From assembly GCA_964651965.1 (NCBI GenBank), contig CAZYZS010000004.1:18244-82243 (forward strand): 64,000 bases of DNA. Direction: 5' to 3'. Position numbers and translations under genes: made by a program. This document shows positions 61,543 to 64,000 of the stretch, one piece after another (the stretch's first letter is position 1; the number at the start of each line of letters is the position of its first letter). Origin of the DNA: Candidatus Woesearchaeota archaeon. Lineage in GTDB: Archaea; Nanobdellota; Nanobdellia; Pacearchaeales; GW2011-AR1. The notes under the pieces were generated by a model. That model had not been told where the DNA came from. It ran no database searches and saw nothing but the letters and a program-made list of their open reading frames with translations.

Positions 61543-62316
61543 TTATAAACTCATTCTTTTTATTTCTTCAAATTTATTTTTTAGGTAATTGTTTAGTTTT
61601 TCAATTTCTTCTATTGTTACTTTATTTTTTTGTTCTGAATTGTTCTTTACGTTTTGATATGCTTCATATACATTCAATCCCGCTAGGTTTTTTATAAGAT
61701 TCAGAAATTCTTTTTTTGAATATTTTTCATTTTTTATTAGCTTTTCAATAATATAGAGAGTTCTTATCCTTAAAATGAGAGTGTAAGCAACAGCATCATT
61801 TAGGTTCGCTTTTTTCTTCTCTTTTGCTTTTTTGATTATCTTTTGGATCAGACTTAGTTTTTCTTCGGTCGTATCCAGATACCATTTTACGTTCTTATTC
61901 GTTACTTTTACCTCTATCGATTTAAGATAATTAGAATTTAATAGGGGTTTTGCTTCTTTTATCATCTGTCCTACAGGAAATAAATTTTCATCTAACTTTT
62001 GGTTGATTAACTGATAAGATACTGTCAAGATATTGTAAATTCCTTCTTTAATCAGCTCCTTATCTATATCATCTGTTATCACCAGTAGGTCTATATCACT
62101 ATCTTTATCTTCTTCTCCTCTTGCATAGCTTCCAACTAGGTAAATCCCTATTATTTCCTCTGGACAGAGATATTTTTTTATAATTTCCAGGGTATCGGCT
62201 AGTATTATTTCAGGGGTCTTGTTTATCAGTTCGATTCTTACTTCTCTGTTCAGCCAGGCTCTTGGAAGTATAACTGCAGAGGAATTGCCTGCTTTAACTG
62301 CTTTTTTAACTATCAT
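61543..62316 (-). CDS. AbrB/SpoVT domain fused to a minimal nucleotidyltransferase (MNT, Pol-beta superfamily)
   Basis: N-terminal KAVKAGNSSAVILPRAWLNREVRIEL, then the nucleotidyltransferase motif GIYLVGSYARGEEDKDSDIDLLVITDD. Confidence 0.7.
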   Translation of the reverse strand: MIVKKAVKAGNSSAVILPRAWLNREVRIELINKTPEIILADTLEIIKKYLCPEEIIGIYLVGSYARGEEDKDSDIDLLVITDDIDKELIKEGIYNILTVSYQLINQKLDENLFPVGQMIKEAKPLLNSNYLKSIEVKVTNKNVKWYLDTTEEKLSLIQKIIKKAKEKKKANLNDAVAYTLILRIRTLYIIEKLIKNEKYSKKEFLNLIKNLAGLNVYEAYQNVKNNSEQKNKVTIEEIEKLNNYLKNKFEEIKRMSL

Positions 62317-62509
62317 TTTCTAAATACTCCTCATCTTCTTCAATTTGTTTTAAAAACTTCTCATCAATCTCTTTTTTCCAATAATCTTTTGTAGTGTCTT
62401 TTCTGCCTTTTTCATGTTCAATCTTGTCTTCATGGCTTTCCACTTGCTTTTTTACAGCCTCTATTCTCTTTTCGCGTATTTTCTTCATGTGTTTTCTATC
62501 GCTTCCCAT
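62306..62509 (-). CDS. Small K/E-rich protein (67 aa), unknown function
   Basis: ORF overlapping the MNT start by 11 nt. It is highly charged and helical. Confidence 0.35.
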   Translation of the reverse strand: MGSDRKHMKKIREKRIEAVKKQVESHEDKIEHEKGRKDTTKDYWKKEIDEKFLKQIEEDEEYLENDS

Positions 62510-62604
62510 GTTTTCTCATAAATGTGTTATTACATGTACTTACATATTTATAAATGTTTCTTTATTTTTAGGCTATTTTTTCTAGTTTTAGTGTTATTAT
62601 TAAG

Positions 62605-62633
62605 TAGTTACAAATAGAAAGATTTATAAAGGC
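62605..62633 (+). promoter_or_regulatory. 29-bp element with a BRE/TATA-like core, copy 2
   Basis: Exact duplicate of 52822..52850. The downstream leader shares tagtagtacta..aaaATGg with copy 1. Confidence 0.55.
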
Positions 62634-62676
62634 AGATTATGTATAAAATATGTATAAACTATATAGTAGTACTAAA

Positions 62677-63477
62677 ATGGATGCAAAAAAGAAAACAAAA
62701 GCTAATAAATTGGCTATATTCCTGCTTGCTGCAGGATTGGCAGTTGCTGGTGTTAATACAGGTTTACGGATAATAGCACGTAACGCTATGTCTCATGCAG
62801 GATTCAGGGAACAGGATTTTTCACGATCTTTAACAAATCCTTTAACCTATCTAACTAGGGGGGAGTACAAGGGATTTAGAAATTGGAATCTAGATTCAAG
62901 CGATGACCCCTTTAAAAGAGATTTGATAGTATACGAGCCAGATCCCTTTGATAAGCTTCCAAAAAGACTGCATAATATGGATTTGAATGCTGTATATCTA
63001 GGTTTACAAAAAAATCCATTACCCTTTTCTCGATATCAACCTACCAGACTTACTGGTTCAGATAAAATCACTTTCTATAGTATAAAGGACTTTATTCCCG
63101 ATCCCGGAAGATTGATTGGAAATCGGATAGTTGGCGGGACAGCCCTAGAAAGAATACTAGGAATGAAAGAAGGAGATGCTTTATCGATGAAGGACATATT
63201 CCGTACTTCAATGGCGCCTACTTTTACAAATGTTGATCTTGGAAACTATACCTTATCTTTTGGAAGAGATAAAAGCGGGATTTATACAAGTATTTATGAT
63301 GTCTGGGACTTTGTTCCTGATTCAGGTCATTTTAAAAATTTTAATTCAGGATTAGAAAGATTAGGATCCAAAATCCTGCCAAAAATTGGAACACCAATTC
63401 ATTTCTATGACCGATTTTACTGGAAAGATTATGGTTTTGATGAAAATAAACAAGGAGACATTCAAAATGGAAACTAA
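62677..63477 (+). CDS. Membrane-anchored protein (~266 aa), unknown function
   Basis: Start ATG 62677 (MDAKKKTKANKLAIFLLAAGLAVAG) is chosen by analogy with the duplicated leader; the track start is 62650. Confidence 0.5.
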   Translation: MDAKKKTKANKLAIFLLAAGLAVAGVNTGLRIIARNAMSHAGFREQDFSRSLTNPLTYLTRGEYKGFRNWNLDSSDDPFKRDLIVYEPDPFDKLPKRLHNMDLNAVYLGLQKNPLPFSRYQPTRLTGSDKITFYSIKDFIPDPGRLIGNRIVGGTALERILGMKEGDALSMKDIFRTSMAPTFTNVDLGNYTLSFGRDKSGIYTSIYDVWDFVPDSGHFKNFNSGLERLGSKILPKIGTPIHFYDRFYWKDYGFDENKQGDIQNGN

Positions 63478-63625
63478 AAAAGAATTTTCAATTATTAAGA
63501 AAATAGCCAAGCATGGCTCTCAAGCTATTATAGTCATACCAAGAGTTCTGGAAACCCAGCTTAAACCTGGGACCATTGTCGAGGTTAAATTAAATATTCT
63601 AGAGAAAGGAGGTAATGAAAAATGA
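63467..63625 (+). CDS. AbrB/SpoVT-like mini-protein, 52 aa
   Basis: METKKEFSIIKKIAKHGSQAIIVIPRVLETQLKPGTIVEVKLNILEKGGNEK. It is a paralog of 58230..58382 and has an ATGA overlap with the downstream kinase. Confidence 0.6.
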   Translation: METKKEFSIIKKIAKHGSQAIIVIPRVLETQLKPGTIVEVKLNILEKGGNEK

Positions 63626-64000
63626 CCCTCCTAGAACAGATGGCTGCAATGGAGACAATTGATGCAAATGCCAGAATAAAATTGGCACATACACGTGAGG
63701 AAGTAAGAAGAGAAACAAGAAAACATATGCCTTCTTATGAAAGACCAAAACCTATAAGCCTTTCTAAATACGAGCTAAAGCAATTGAAAAGAAGAGGCTA
63801 TGAAGTCTTGCAGGAATTAGGAGAAGGGCAAACCAGGAATGCTTATCTTGCTAAGTATACACGTGGAGATGTAAAAAGATTAAGAGTTGTTAAAATATCT
63901 AAAAGAGAAGTTGATCCAGAATCAGTAAGGACACAGATGAATCTAGATAGAAAAGATTTGGACCTTGCTGAAGTTAAAGCTTCTAATGAAATTAAACATC
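63622..64000 (+). CDS. Protein kinase-like protein, N-terminal part (3' end outside the window)
   Basis: YEVLQELGEGQTRNAYLAKY...RVVKI resembles the glycine loop and VAIK lysine region of Hanks-type kinases. Confidence 0.5.
   Translation, partial: MTLLEQMAAMETIDANARIKLAHTREEVRRETRKHMPSYERPKPISLSKYELKQLKRRGYEVLQELGEGQTRNAYLAKYTRGDVKRLRVVKISKREVDPESVRTQMNLDRKDLDLAEVKASNEIKH

Noticed and set aside
1-64000. Search for a diversity-generating retroelement (common in DPANN-type genomes) or other mobile-element enzymes
   Set aside because: No ORF with reverse-transcriptase (YxDD), integrase/recombinase or transposase motifs was seen, and no obvious template/variable repeat pair with A-specific differences. 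The surface-gene paralogy looks like ordinary duplication.

Overview
This is an AT-rich archaeal genome fragment. The gene content includes aIF2-alpha, S27e, uS15, eL42, eS1, eS8, TFB, Sm, SRP54/FtsY, a GINS subunit, two RecJ/DHH proteins, Bud32 and RNase Z. It also shows BRE/TATA-type promoters, BHB-type tRNA introns and several giant surface proteins. Together these suggest a DPANN-like, possibly episymbiotic archaeon; this is inference, since no database search was possible. Housekeeping blocks (1-14.3 kb and 29.7-34.5 kb) alternate with four accessory blocks. (i) 14.4-24.4 kb: an operon of membrane-anchored giants (628 and 2104 aa) ending in an M64-like metallopeptidase. (ii) 24.4-29.6 kb: an intron-bearing tRNA-Leu with repeated copies of its 3' end, a JAB/MPN-motif gene, a tandem-Lrp regulator and three unknown genes. 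(iii) 35-52.5 kb: a surface-protein superlocus with two opposed giants (1632 and 1808 aa) that share modules, Cys-rich repeats and a dockerin-like protein. The 1808-aa giant ends in four LuxR/sigma-region-4-like HTH repeats behind a short hydrophobic anchor. (iv) 52.8-64 kb: an apparently GC-richer island (by eye, not computed) after tRNA-Cys. It has a duplicated promoter/leader, RHH/AbrB mini-genes translationally coupled to Hanks-type kinases, two signal-peptide proteins that look like bacterial outer-membrane beta-barrels, and an 8-repeat DNA-binding protein with a sigma-region-2-like tail. There are six tRNA genes. Four carry introns (six introns in total), including a hand-folded three-intron tRNA-Thr. 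I recognised no rRNA, CRISPR array, integrase, transposase or reverse transcriptase. The best candidates for something undescribed are the HTH-tailed giant surface protein (47.0-52.5 kb) and the beta-barrel/kinase island (52.8-64 kb).
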